Source: a bacterium (GTDB lineage Bacteria; Bacteroidota; Ignavibacteria; UBA10030). Taken from it: a DNA stretch of 64,000 nt. Location: contig JAZDJN010000026.1 in the NCBI GenBank assembly GCA_043803945.1, forward strand, positions 35,569 to 99,568. Reading direction: 5' to 3'. A program made the position numbers and the translations under genes. The notes below the pieces were generated by a model. The model ran no database searches. It was given only the letters and a program-made list of their open reading frames with translations, and was not told the origin of the DNA. Below are positions 18,898-27,461 of the stretch, piece after piece (positions within the stretch are counted from its first letter, which is position 1; every line of letters starts with the position of its first letter).

Positions 18898-19104
18898 CTA
18901 GAAGCTTGGACGAAAAGTCCAACCACTGCGCCAACGGCGCATCAGCCTCTGGCTGAGAAGGACACCCTGCCTGCCGGCAGGCAGGAAAGGACACAAAGTA
19001 TAAAATGAAATTAAATTGATTTGAAATTTTATTATTCTTTATAGCTCTTCCTTCGTATCCTTAGTGGTTAAATTATTTCCTATACTTTTCAACCGGGTCC
19101 CTAG
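18898..19104. mobile_element. CTAG-bounded MITE-like element with two nested mini-inserts
   Basis: CTAGAAGCTTGGACGAAAAGT ... ACTTTTCAACCGGGTCCCTAG; homologous to 63509-63703. Confidence 0.8.
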
Positions 19105-19160
19105 TTGCAGTTGTCCAAGAGTAGCGATAGATTAGGGGCGACTAACAGAAGGGGGTGCCT

Positions 19161-19700
19161 ATGCTCATTTTTGTTGCTATTGCTCTCGGTTCATTTATTC
19201 TTATCGCCGGGTCATTCTTCTTTGGTCATGATCATGATGCCAGCGACGCCGGCCATGATCATGGTGGCGGCGGTCATGATGTGAGTCATGATGCTGAACC
19301 GACGATCGGCTTATTCTCACTCAAAGTACTCGGGACACTCACCATGGGTTTTGGTGCAGCCGGGGCGATCGCACGGAATTATGACGCCAGTTATCTTGTT
19401 GCTTCGCTCTGGGGTACCGGTACAGGGATCATGCTCGCGGGTATGATGTATTTTGTGTTGAAGCTCGTCTATTCACAACAAATCTCATCTCTGGTTACAA
19501 CATCTTCAGCAATTGGACAGCAGGGAACAGTGTCGATCTCGATCGGTGAAATGACAGCCGGCGAAATTGAACTGTTTGTCGGCGGTCAGCAAATGGTCTA
19601 TCTTGCCCGTTCTGCCCATGGCAAACCGATTGCGAAAGGCCGGATTGTCAATGTCGTACGCGTTGCTGGCTCTGAATTATTTGTCGAAGAGGTCGCATAA
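19161..19700 (+). CDS. NfeD-like membrane protein (flotillin partner)
   Basis: His/Asp-rich loop, MGFGAAG TM segments, C-terminal OB-fold-like region; directly upstream of the SPFH gene. Confidence 0.8.
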   Translation: MLIFVAIALGSFILIAGSFFFGHDHDASDAGHDHGGGGHDVSHDAEPTIGLFSLKVLGTLTMGFGAAGAIARNYDASYLVASLWGTGTGIMLAGMMYFVLKLVYSQQISSLVTTSSAIGQQGTVSISIGEMTAGEIELFVGGQQMVYLARSAHGKPIAKGRIVNVVRVAGSELFVEEVA

Positions 19701-19769
19701 GAAATTCATTGTAACTACATCTCAGCATTCCCAATCACTCAATTTCCTTTGGGGAAGGAGGAAGCATAT

Positions 19770-21380
19770 ATGATCGCACTATTCGGTTGGTTCGGGGATC
19801 TCACGGTTCCCTTCATGATTATTCTCCTGGCACTCACCTTTATTATTGTACTGCGGGTGCTGGCAAGCCGTTATAAAAAAATTCCGCCGAACGCGGCCGG
19901 GATATTCTACGGAAGAAAATACACTCAAAAGGATGCCGTCACAGGCAAAGAGCAGTCTCTCGGTTTTAAAGTCGTCGGCGGGGGAGGAAGAATACTGATT
20001 CCGTTTGTGGAGTCCTATCAGGAGATGTCGACAGCGGCATTCCAGACCGATATCGATGAAAAGGGAATCCCGAATAAGGATAATGTGAAAGTCAACGTGA
20101 AGGGCGTTGCAACGTGCAAGATCTCAAACATTCCTGAAGACTTGATCAACGCCGCTCAGGCATTTCTTGGAAAGTCGGATGAGGAGATCAAAGCATTTGT
20201 CCAGAATATTCTGAAAGGACATCTCCGATCAATCATCGGTAAACTGAACATCGACAGCTTGCTGAGAGAACGGGATGCCTTCAATAGACAGGTTGTTGAA
20301 GAATCCTCCGGCGAGTTGAAGCGTCTAGGGATTCAGGTGATCACGCTGGTTATCCAGGAAGTCAACGACGAATATGGATATATCGACGCTCTCGGTAAAC
20401 GTGCGGTGGCCGAAGCGGTGCGGGATGCAAATATCAAGGTTGCCCAGGCCGATCGTGAAACGGCAATTCAGGTCACCACGGCCCAGAAGGAGGCGGCAAC
20501 GGTGAGGGCTTCGAACGAAGCGCTAATTGCCCAGGCGGAGATGGAGCGTGATGTCAAGAAAGCCGAATACAAGGCACGCAGCGATACAAAGAAAGCCGAG
20601 GCTGATAAGGCATTTGAAATTGCAAATGCCGATCAGGACAAGACCCTCCGTGTCAAACAGGCTGAGAGGGATGCCGCTGAACGCGAGGCACAGATTCACG
20701 TTCAGGAAAAAGAAGGCATGAGAAGGCAGAAAGAACTTGAAGCCACGATTGTGCGGCAGGCAGAAGCAGACCGGCAGAAGACCATTATTGAAGCGGAGGG
20801 AGCAAAGCAGATGAAGATTTTGCAGGCTGAAGCGGAGATGATGAAGCTGGTGAAAGAAGCTGAAGGCCGGAAAAATGCCGATACCCTCATCGGTGAAGGC
20901 GAGGCGTCCAAGATGAAAGCGACATTATTTGCAGTCGCGGAAGGTGAAGCAGCAAAGAAGAAACAGGCACTCCTTGCTGAAGCAGAAGGTACACGGCAGC
21001 TTGCGGAAGCATTGGCGAAGATGACTACGGATGCCAAACTGATTCTCATCCTCGACCGGCTGCCGATGCTCTTTGAAAAAGGGGGCGATGCCATGTCCAA
21101 AGTGGCGGAATCGATCTTCTCCAGTGTGGCCGCTCCATTGGGCAGTATTGATAGAATTGAGATCGTCGATATGGGCGGCGGCCGCGGGCTTGAGCAACTC
21201 AGTTCGATTGTCCCTAATACGGTCTTTAAAACTCTGGCAGCGGCAAAAGCACAGGGAATTGATATCTCTAAATTACTTTCGACTCTTGGCATCGACATCG
21301 AAGAGGCATTAAAAATGATCGGCAAACCGGCTGAACAGAGTTTGCCGGAGGCAGAAGTCAAACCAGAGAAGAAGAAGTAG
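19770..21380 (+). CDS. Flotillin/SPFH domain protein
   Basis: GHLRSIIGKL, GYIDALGK and a long AEA-rich coiled coil; SD AAGGAGG. Confidence 0.92.
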   Translation: MIALFGWFGDLTVPFMIILLALTFIIVLRVLASRYKKIPPNAAGIFYGRKYTQKDAVTGKEQSLGFKVVGGGGRILIPFVESYQEMSTAAFQTDIDEKGIPNKDNVKVNVKGVATCKISNIPEDLINAAQAFLGKSDEEIKAFVQNILKGHLRSIIGKLNIDSLLRERDAFNRQVVEESSGELKRLGIQVITLVIQEVNDEYGYIDALGKRAVAEAVRDANIKVAQADRETAIQVTTAQKEAATVRASNEALIAQAEMERDVKKAEYKARSDTKKAEADKAFEIANADQDKTLRVKQAERDAAEREAQIHVQEKEGMRRQKELEATIVRQAEADRQKTIIEAEGAKQMKILQAEAEMMKLVKEAEGRKNADTLIGEGEASKMKATLFAVAEGEAAKKKQALLAEAEGTRQLAEALAKMTTDAKLILILDRLPMLFEKGGDAMSKVAESIFSSVAAPLGSIDRIEIVDMGGGRGLEQLSSIVPNTVFKTLAAAKAQGIDISKLLSTLGIDIEEALKMIGKPAEQSLPEAEVKPEKKK

Positions 21381-21394
21381 TTCTTATCCGATAA

Positions 21395-21424
21395 CCCTCC
21401 CGAAGGTGTTGGCCTCCGGGAGGG
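21395..21424 (+). terminator. GC-rich hairpin after flotillin
   Basis: CCCTCCCGAAGG..CCTCCGGGAGGG; no T-tract, so possibly a stabiliser rather than a terminator. Confidence 0.35.
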
Positions 21425-21451
21425 AAGAATCGCCGATCGGTGAGGAAATCG

Positions 21452-21913
21452 ATGAAGTGCAAGCGTTGTGGAAATGACTATCCGTCGAAGTATTATTTTC
21501 GAACCGACACAATGTGTATTCAGTGTTACAATACACTATCTCCCTCTGAACAGGAGCAGGCCGCGATGCCTCAAAAAATTCATGCTTTGACAACCACAGC
21601 CTTTACACTGGAGGGCTTCCGCATTGTGAAGAACCTCGGTATTGTGCGCGGCATAATCGTTCGTTCCCGGTCACTGTTTGGATCTGTTGGAGCGGCTCTC
21701 CAGACAGTTGTTGGCGGAGACATTACATTGTTCAGCGAACTATGCGAGCAAACGCGTTCCGATGCTTATGAGATGATGATTCAGCATGCAGAGGAACGGG
21801 GAGGGAATGCAGTGATTGGTGTCCGATATGACACCACGGAAATCATGAGCGGTGTCTCCGAGGTACTCTGTTATGGTACGGCAGTGGTGGTTCAGGAAGT
21901 ACCTCAAGCATAA
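21452..21913 (+). CDS. YbjQ (UPF0145) family protein with an N-terminal CxxC..CxxC extension
   Basis: LGIVRGIIVRSRS, GGNAVIGVRYD, VLCYGTAV; N-terminus CKRC...CIQC. Confidence 0.9.
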   Translation: MKCKRCGNDYPSKYYFRTDTMCIQCYNTLSPSEQEQAAMPQKIHALTTTAFTLEGFRIVKNLGIVRGIIVRSRSLFGSVGAALQTVVGGDITLFSELCEQTRSDAYEMMIQHAEERGGNAVIGVRYDTTEIMSGVSEVLCYGTAVVVQEVPQA

Positions 21914-22014
21914 CGTTCAATGGGGCCCTTGCGAGAGATCTCAGAATTCTTTCTGCAGGGATCGAGTGCTGAACACGAACGATCTAAAAGAGAGATAGTT
22001 TGAAAGGTAAGAGT

Positions 22015-22515
22015 ATGGCAGAACTAGCCACACAGAAAACGTACGAGGTTGTTCAAGCGGTTCCGAATGCCATCATTGTGCACTGCAGCGATCCACGCTT
22101 TCAGAAAGCATTTTCTTCGTTCATCGCTGAAGAACTTGGATTCACGGAGGGGACCTATATTCCCCTGGTCGTTTCCGGCGCTGTCGGTTCGCTGTCCGAA
22201 CCGTTGAAACTACCGAAGGAATTTAAATTTATGAAGGAACGCATCGAGATGTTCATAACGCGTTTCGATACCATCAATCGGATCATTCTCATCAATCATG
22301 AAGATTGCCAGCACTACGAAGCGCTCAAGTCCTTTCTTGGCAATATCTTTCTCAATCGCGTTCGTGACATGATCGAGCGTCAGAAAGTCGATCTTAAGAC
22401 TGTCTCCAATGCGCTGCTTCAACTTGCCGGTGTCAAGGTCGATGTGGATCTTTACTATGCCCGCTTCGCTGATGGTCAGAAGAACACAGTGGTGTTCGAG
22501 AAGATCGCCGGGTGA
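22015..22515 (+). CDS. Beta-carbonic-anhydrase-like protein
   Basis: HCSDPRF and NHEDC Zn-ligand motifs. Confidence 0.7.
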   Translation: MAELATQKTYEVVQAVPNAIIVHCSDPRFQKAFSSFIAEELGFTEGTYIPLVVSGAVGSLSEPLKLPKEFKFMKERIEMFITRFDTINRIILINHEDCQHYEALKSFLGNIFLNRVRDMIERQKVDLKTVSNALLQLAGVKVDVDLYYARFADGQKNTVVFEKIAG

Positions 22516-22595
22516 TGCCCTGGTAAGGATTGATTGGTTTTTCTGAATTGAAGCGGATAAAAAGAACAAAGGATCGTCGTAGCAGTAGGCAGATA

Positions 22596-22643
22596 AATAA
22601 AGAACCCGATATTCAATGTTTATGAATATCGGGTTCTATTTTT
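22596..22643. terminator. Bidirectional intrinsic terminator
   Basis: AGAACCCGATATTCA/TGAATATCGGGTTCT stem with A-rich and T-rich flanks, between convergent genes. Confidence 0.75.
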
Positions 22644-22829
22644 GCAATTCTCCACCCTCCCTACAGTTCATCCCACGGGGAGAATTGCTTTTTTACACTC
22701 ACACAAGCAGGCTTGGAGAACATTGATGCTCTCCGCCCCTGCTTGTTTTCCCATCAGCACATGATTTCCAACAGACCCTCCCTCGTAGGAGTTCCCGCTT
22801 TTTGAAAAAAAATATTTTTTCTCTGCGGC

Positions 22830-23027
22830 AGCACCCTTCCTGGGAAAGAGAAGCAAAAGCATTATTGAGACTGTGATAACACCGCAGATGATCCCAGGCG
22901 AGATTTCGATGGGAAACTTCGCCCCGTATAACTCGTTGAACCACAGCATTTTAAGACCGATAAAAACGAGAACAATTGCCAGGCCGTACCTCGACAGGTG
23001 AAATTTGTCGATTGCTCCCGCCAGCAT
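22830..23027 (-). pseudogene. TerC/Alx family membrane protein, C-terminal fragment
   Basis: LAGAIDKFHLSRYGLAIVLVFIGLKML...ISPGII matches the end of TerC/Alx proteins; N-terminal part absent. Confidence 0.75.
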
Positions 23028-23034
23028 AATAACG

Positions 23035-23242
23035 GTTCGTTTGCACGAACCTCCTTGAGAAGCTAAATTCCTTCTTTGTCTTTTGCCAGTTGTTGCTCAG
23101 TTGGTGTAAGAACTGCTTCCATCTGGATGATGATCATATCGTCGGGTAAATAGCTACGAGTTATAGTTAGGTCTATGACCCATATGTTCCACATCGAATG
23201 TTCCGTCACCTATGAAATCTCAGCTTCCATCTATCCAACAGA
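23035..23242 (-). pseudogene. DUF2294 (MpsC-like) pseudogene
   Basis: Manual translation: VG*MEAEIS*..[FDVEHMGHRP, other frame]..RSYLPDDMIIIQMEAVLTPTEQQLAKDKEGI*LLKEVRA. Confidence 0.65.
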
Positions 23243-23438
23243 AATTAATACATCCCCGTAAAAACAGTCATTCGATGCTACCAGTTGGAACCTATTTTTC
23301 ATGGTTACCACACGATGTTCAGTATCAGCATAAATATTCCCAAATCTGGCGATACTTTTTGGTATACTATTCGTTATTACATGACATGGGAAATTCTTAT
23401 CCACTTCTCACATCAATCAATAAGGAGGACTTACCAGC

Positions 23439-25196
23439 ATGAAGCGTCTTATCGGAATTGTTGTCGTTGCGTTTCTTGTTGTTTCATTCGGTCTTGCTCA
23501 AACGGCTGGAGAAAAAATTGATACAGCCATGGTGAGTAAGATTAAGGATGAGGGAATGAATCATTCACAAATCATGGACTTGCTGAGCTATCTCTGCGAT
23601 GTCTATTCACCTCGCTTGACATGGTCGCCGGAATACCGGAAGGGAGCCGAGTGGACCGCTCAGAAAATGAAAACCATGGGATTGGAAAATGTTCACTTTG
23701 AAAACTGGGCACCGATTGGCAAAGGGTGGACACTAAAAAGATTTACCGCTGTGATGACCGAGCCTATGGCCTCACCGCTTATTGCGTATCCCAAAGCATG
23801 GTCACCCGGTGTGAAGGGCACTGTGAAGGCCGAAGCCGTTTACCTGGATGCTAAAACTGAAGCTGACCTCGAGAAGTACAAAGGAAAACTGAAAGGAACG
23901 ATTGTTTTAGTTAATGATCCGCGTGAGCTCAAAGCACGGTTCGAACCCCTCGCTCATCGATTGGATGATGCAGAATTATTGAGAATGGCCAATGCCGGTC
24001 CCACCGATGGGCGCGGAGGACGACGTCAATTTACTCCTGGAGATACTGCTGCGTTGCGCCGTCTACTTGCCGATACATCGGCGGCTGCTCGACGGCAGTT
24101 TGGCGGCGGCGGACAACAATTTACCGGACGCAAACTCGAATTTGCTTTGAAAGAAGGAGCACTTGTTGCTCTTGATGGAGCATCAGGCGATCTCGGTACA
24201 ATGAGCGTAAGTGCTGCCACTGTACCACCACCGCAGCAACCTGCAGGGCAACAGCCTCAAGGGCAGCAAGCTCCAGGTCAACAACCTGCCGGACAGGGGG
24301 GGCGTGGAGGGCGTATAAGTCCGTATGATGAAAATGCTCCTCAAATCATTCCACAGATCACAGTTGCTGCTGAGCATTATAATAGAATGGTGCGGATTCT
24401 TCAAAAGGGACAGAAGGTCAAATTAGAGTTGTCGCTGGAAGTGGAATTTACAAAGGCAGACTCAAGCTTCAATGTCATTGCTGAAATTCCCGGTACGGAT
24501 CTGAAGAACGAAGTCGTGCTTCTTGGCGCACACTTCGACACGTGGCATGCTGGCACCGGTGCAACGGATGATAATAGCGGCGTTGCAGCATGTATTGAAG
24601 CTGCCCGTATCCTGAAGACGCTTGGAGTTCAACCCCGCCGGACAATTCGCCTCGGTTTCTGGGGCGGCGAGGAACAGGGCCTTATCGGCTCAAGGCAATA
24701 TGTTGCGTTGCATTATGCCGAACGTGAGGGCGGACAAGGCGGCGGTGTACAATTCATGGGTGGCGGAGGCGGAGGTGCGTTGAAAATGAAACCAGAGTAT
24801 GAAAACTTTTCTGTGTATTTCAACCATGATAATGGCACGGGAAAATTCCGGGGTATTTACCTTCAAGGCAATGAAGCCGCTCGCTCAATCTTTCGCGCGT
24901 GGCTTACGCCCTTTGCTTCTCTGGGTGCATCGACCATTACCTATTCGAACACCGGCGGCACCGACCATCAATCCTTTGATGGCGTGAACTTGCCCGGCTT
25001 CCAGTTTATCCAGGATCCGATTGATTACGATACTCGGACACACCATTTCAATATGGATCTCTATGATCGGCTGCAGGCAGATGATATGAAACAGGCAGCA
25101 ACGATTATGGCAGCATTTGCATACAATGCAGCGATGCGCGACGGAAAGTTTCCACGCAAACCGATGCCTGCTCCAGCACCTGCACCAGCACGATGA
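23439..25196 (+). CDS. Secreted M28 family metallopeptidase (carboxypeptidase Q-like)
   Basis: GAHFDTW, GATDD, GEEQGL, GGTDHQSF, THH motifs; signal peptide; SD AAGGAGG. Confidence 0.92.
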   Translation: MKRLIGIVVVAFLVVSFGLAQTAGEKIDTAMVSKIKDEGMNHSQIMDLLSYLCDVYSPRLTWSPEYRKGAEWTAQKMKTMGLENVHFENWAPIGKGWTLKRFTAVMTEPMASPLIAYPKAWSPGVKGTVKAEAVYLDAKTEADLEKYKGKLKGTIVLVNDPRELKARFEPLAHRLDDAELLRMANAGPTDGRGGRRQFTPGDTAALRRLLADTSAAARRQFGGGGQQFTGRKLEFALKEGALVALDGASGDLGTMSVSAATVPPPQQPAGQQPQGQQAPGQQPAGQGGRGGRISPYDENAPQIIPQITVAAEHYNRMVRILQKGQKVKLELSLEVEFTKADSSFNVIAEIPGTDLKNEVVLLGAHFDTWHAGTGATDDNSGVAACIEAARILKTLGVQPRRTIRLGFWGGEEQGLIGSRQYVALHYAEREGGQGGGVQFMGGGGGGALKMKPEYENFSVYFNHDNGTGKFRGIYLQGNEAARSIFRAWLTPFASLGASTITYSNTGGTDHQSFDGVNLPGFQFIQDPIDYDTRTHHFNMDLYDRLQADDMKQAATIMAAFAYNAAMRDGKFPRKPMPAPAPAPAR

Positions 25197-25207
25197 TCTC
25201 CAAGATG

Positions 25208-25250
25208 GAAAAAAAGACGATGCCCCGGTTACTCGGGGCATTGTTGTTTT
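25208..25250 (+). terminator. Intrinsic terminator
   Basis: ATGCCCCGG-TTA-CTCGGGGCAT followed by TGTTGTTTT. Confidence 0.7.
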
Positions 25251-25275
25251 CACCAGCCTTGAATGGGAGTAAACC

Positions 25276-25926
25276 ATGAATCGAAACCATACCTTATTCT
25301 GGATAATTTTGTTTGGAGTATCGTTTGGTTTTGTTGAGTCTTCGGTCGTCGTTTACCTGCGGGCACTATATTATCCGGACGGATTCAGCTTTCCTTTGAA
25401 GGTCATGGAATCATCCCACATTCTTGTGGAATTGGCCCGTGAGATCATGACAATCGTGATGCTTGCTGCTGCCGGCGTGCTTGCAGGGAAAACGCGCTGG
25501 CAAAAATTCAGCTACTTCATGATTGCATTTGCTGTGTGGGACATCTTTTACTATCTCTGGCTTAAAGTCATTCTCGGCTGGCCGGTCACTCTCTTCGATT
25601 GGGATATTCTGTTCCTGATACCAATTCCCTGGATCAGTCCCGTGATAGCGCCGGTAGCCATATCGATTATTATGATTGTCACCGGGATACTCATCATCCG
25701 GCAAGAGGAAAAAGAGGGCACGTTTACGCCGTCGATAATTCAATGGATACTTGCTATCCTGGGTACAGCCATTCTTCTGCTCTCCTTTATGATCGATCTG
25801 GGTGCGTCGTTGCGAGTGCAACAACCGCAACCGTACCGCTATGACCTCTTTGTACTTGGATTGTGTTGCTACATCGGCGGTCTCTGGCTGGCGTTTTTTA
25901 GGAGAAGGGGAAGTAATAAATCCTGA
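25276..25926 (+). CDS. Hypothetical integral membrane protein
   Basis: About 6 TM segments; ESSVVVYLR, WDIFYYLWL, WDILFLIPIPW motifs. Confidence 0.75.
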   Translation: MNRNHTLFWIILFGVSFGFVESSVVVYLRALYYPDGFSFPLKVMESSHILVELAREIMTIVMLAAAGVLAGKTRWQKFSYFMIAFAVWDIFYYLWLKVILGWPVTLFDWDILFLIPIPWISPVIAPVAISIIMIVTGILIIRQEEKEGTFTPSIIQWILAILGTAILLLSFMIDLGASLRVQQPQPYRYDLFVLGLCCYIGGLWLAFFRRRGSNKS

Positions 25927-26011
25927 ATAGTGTAAACGCAACAGAAATCAGACATCACGATCAGAGTTGAACAACGTGATTTCTTCTCCGGCTCCGTACT
26001 ATCATCCGGGA

Positions 26012-26746
26012 TTAACGGCCGGCAGGATGGGCAAGCGCAATGATTGAGAGTCCGAATGGAAGTGAGGAATAACGCAACAGGTGTCGCTCAAACGAAAAAA
26101 TCGAGGTCAGCGTTGAGTTCAAGAATGCACCCGGCATGGAAAGAGCGGCGTCGCTGTGTTGCTTGCTTGCTCGTTCGAACAATCGTGTTGCCACGGCTGC
26201 AGGAAAGAGCAGTGTATTATAATAAGAGATAAAGTCGATGGAATAACCGGTTGATGCCAGTAAATGCTGAAGCTGCGGTTTGGTGTAGCGGCGTTTATGG
26301 TGGTTGAGATCATCATGGGAGCTCCACATCCATTGATACGCAGGTACTGTGAGAATCAGTGCCCCATCCGGTTTAAGCAGAGTGTTGATCTGGAGCAGCA
26401 GCCCGCGGTCATCTTCGAGGTGTTCAATGACATCGAGTGCAGCGATAAGATCATACCGTAACTCTGGATTGGGTAAATCATCGAGGGTGCCGAGTATCGC
26501 ATTGGCCAATCCACGTTTGCGGCAAAACTCAATCGCAAGAGGCGATGTATCGGTTCCGTATGCCGTATACTGTTCGGAGAACATCTCCAGCAATGCACCC
26601 GTGCCGCACCCGACATCGAGTACCGGAGATGATTTCGAAAGCCGAAGCTTCCGGCTGAGGAGAGCTTTGATAATTTGCTGCCGGGCGACGAACCACCAAT
26701 GCTTCGTTTCGATCTCGTAAAAAGTCCGGTAAAGCTGTTCGTTCAC
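26012..26746 (-). CDS. Class I SAM-dependent methyltransferase
   Basis: LDVGCGTG, DVIEH, HDDLNHHKRRY. Confidence 0.9.
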   Translation of the reverse strand: MNEQLYRTFYEIETKHWWFVARQQIIKALLSRKLRLSKSSPVLDVGCGTGALLEMFSEQYTAYGTDTSPLAIEFCRKRGLANAILGTLDDLPNPELRYDLIAALDVIEHLEDDRGLLLQINTLLKPDGALILTVPAYQWMWSSHDDLNHHKRRYTKPQLQHLLASTGYSIDFISYYNTLLFPAAVATRLFERASKQHSDAALSMPGAFLNSTLTSIFSFERHLLRYSSLPFGLSIIALAHPAGR

Positions 26747-26747
26747 C

Positions 26748-27461
26748 CTAATAGATCCCTTTCGAGAAATTCTTCCGTACCCGTATCAGCCCCTTGATGT
26801 CATCGATTGCTGTATTGACAATCTTCACACGGCTGTCAAGGTCTTCAATCCAGCTCACCGGTAGGTCGAATATTCTATACCCAAGCTTTTCACCGATTAC
26901 CAGAAGTTCCGTATCGAAGAACCAACCGGTATCCACCACCTTCGGCAGGAGTTTTTGTGCAGCCGTCCTGGTGATCGCTTTGAATCCACATTGTGCATCG
27001 GAAAACTTTGTCCGGAAGAAGGACTTCACCAGGATATTATAACCCCGGGAAATAATTTCCCGTCTGATGCTCCGCTTGGTTGTAGAAGCCTTCAATAAGC
27101 GAGACCCGATACCAATATCAAATCCGTCGCTGATCAATCCTTCGATGAGCGGAGGGAATGCATAGAGGTTGCTCGAAAGGTCGACATCCATATAGCTGAA
27201 AATATCCGCCTGGCTTTCAGACCAGACCTTCTTGAGTGCGCGGCCGCGCCCTTTCTGGTCGAGGTGCACCACCCGGACGCCGGGAAATTGCTTGCAGAGA
27301 GACTCGGCTACGGATTGTGTTTGATCGATGGATGCATTATTGGCAATGACAATCTCCCAGTCAAACCGGCAATGGTCCTTGAGAAATTGATGCAGCGTGG
27401 CAATACTCGAGGGAAGTATCTTCTCCTCGTTATAGACAGGGATGGTGACATTAACGAGCAT
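26748..27461 (-). CDS. GT2 polyprenyl-phosphate glycosyltransferase
   Basis: IPVYNEE, YMDVDLS, DAQCGFK, WFFDTELL. Confidence 0.92.
   Translation of the reverse strand: MLVNVTIPVYNEEKILPSSIATLHQFLKDHCRFDWEIVIANNASIDQTQSVAESLCKQFPGVRVVHLDQKGRGRALKKVWSESQADIFSYMDVDLSSNLYAFPPLIEGLISDGFDIGIGSRLLKASTTKRSIRREIISRGYNILVKSFFRTKFSDAQCGFKAITRTAAQKLLPKVVDTGWFFDTELLVIGEKLGYRIFDLPVSWIEDLDSRVKIVNTAIDDIKGLIRVRKNFSKGIY

Noticed and set aside
20702-21361. 219-aa minus-strand ORF, and similar antisense ORFs at 9828-10472, 43140-43862, 44802-45623 and 46397-47074
   Set aside because: They lie opposite well-supported genes and have shadow-like composition.
23035-23242. TAG-to-Gln recoding (all three TAGs fall where Gln is plausible)
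   Set aside because: The fragment also needs two frameshifts and is truncated, and TAG terminates intact genes elsewhere (973, 7697, 8965). CAG>TAG decay is simpler.
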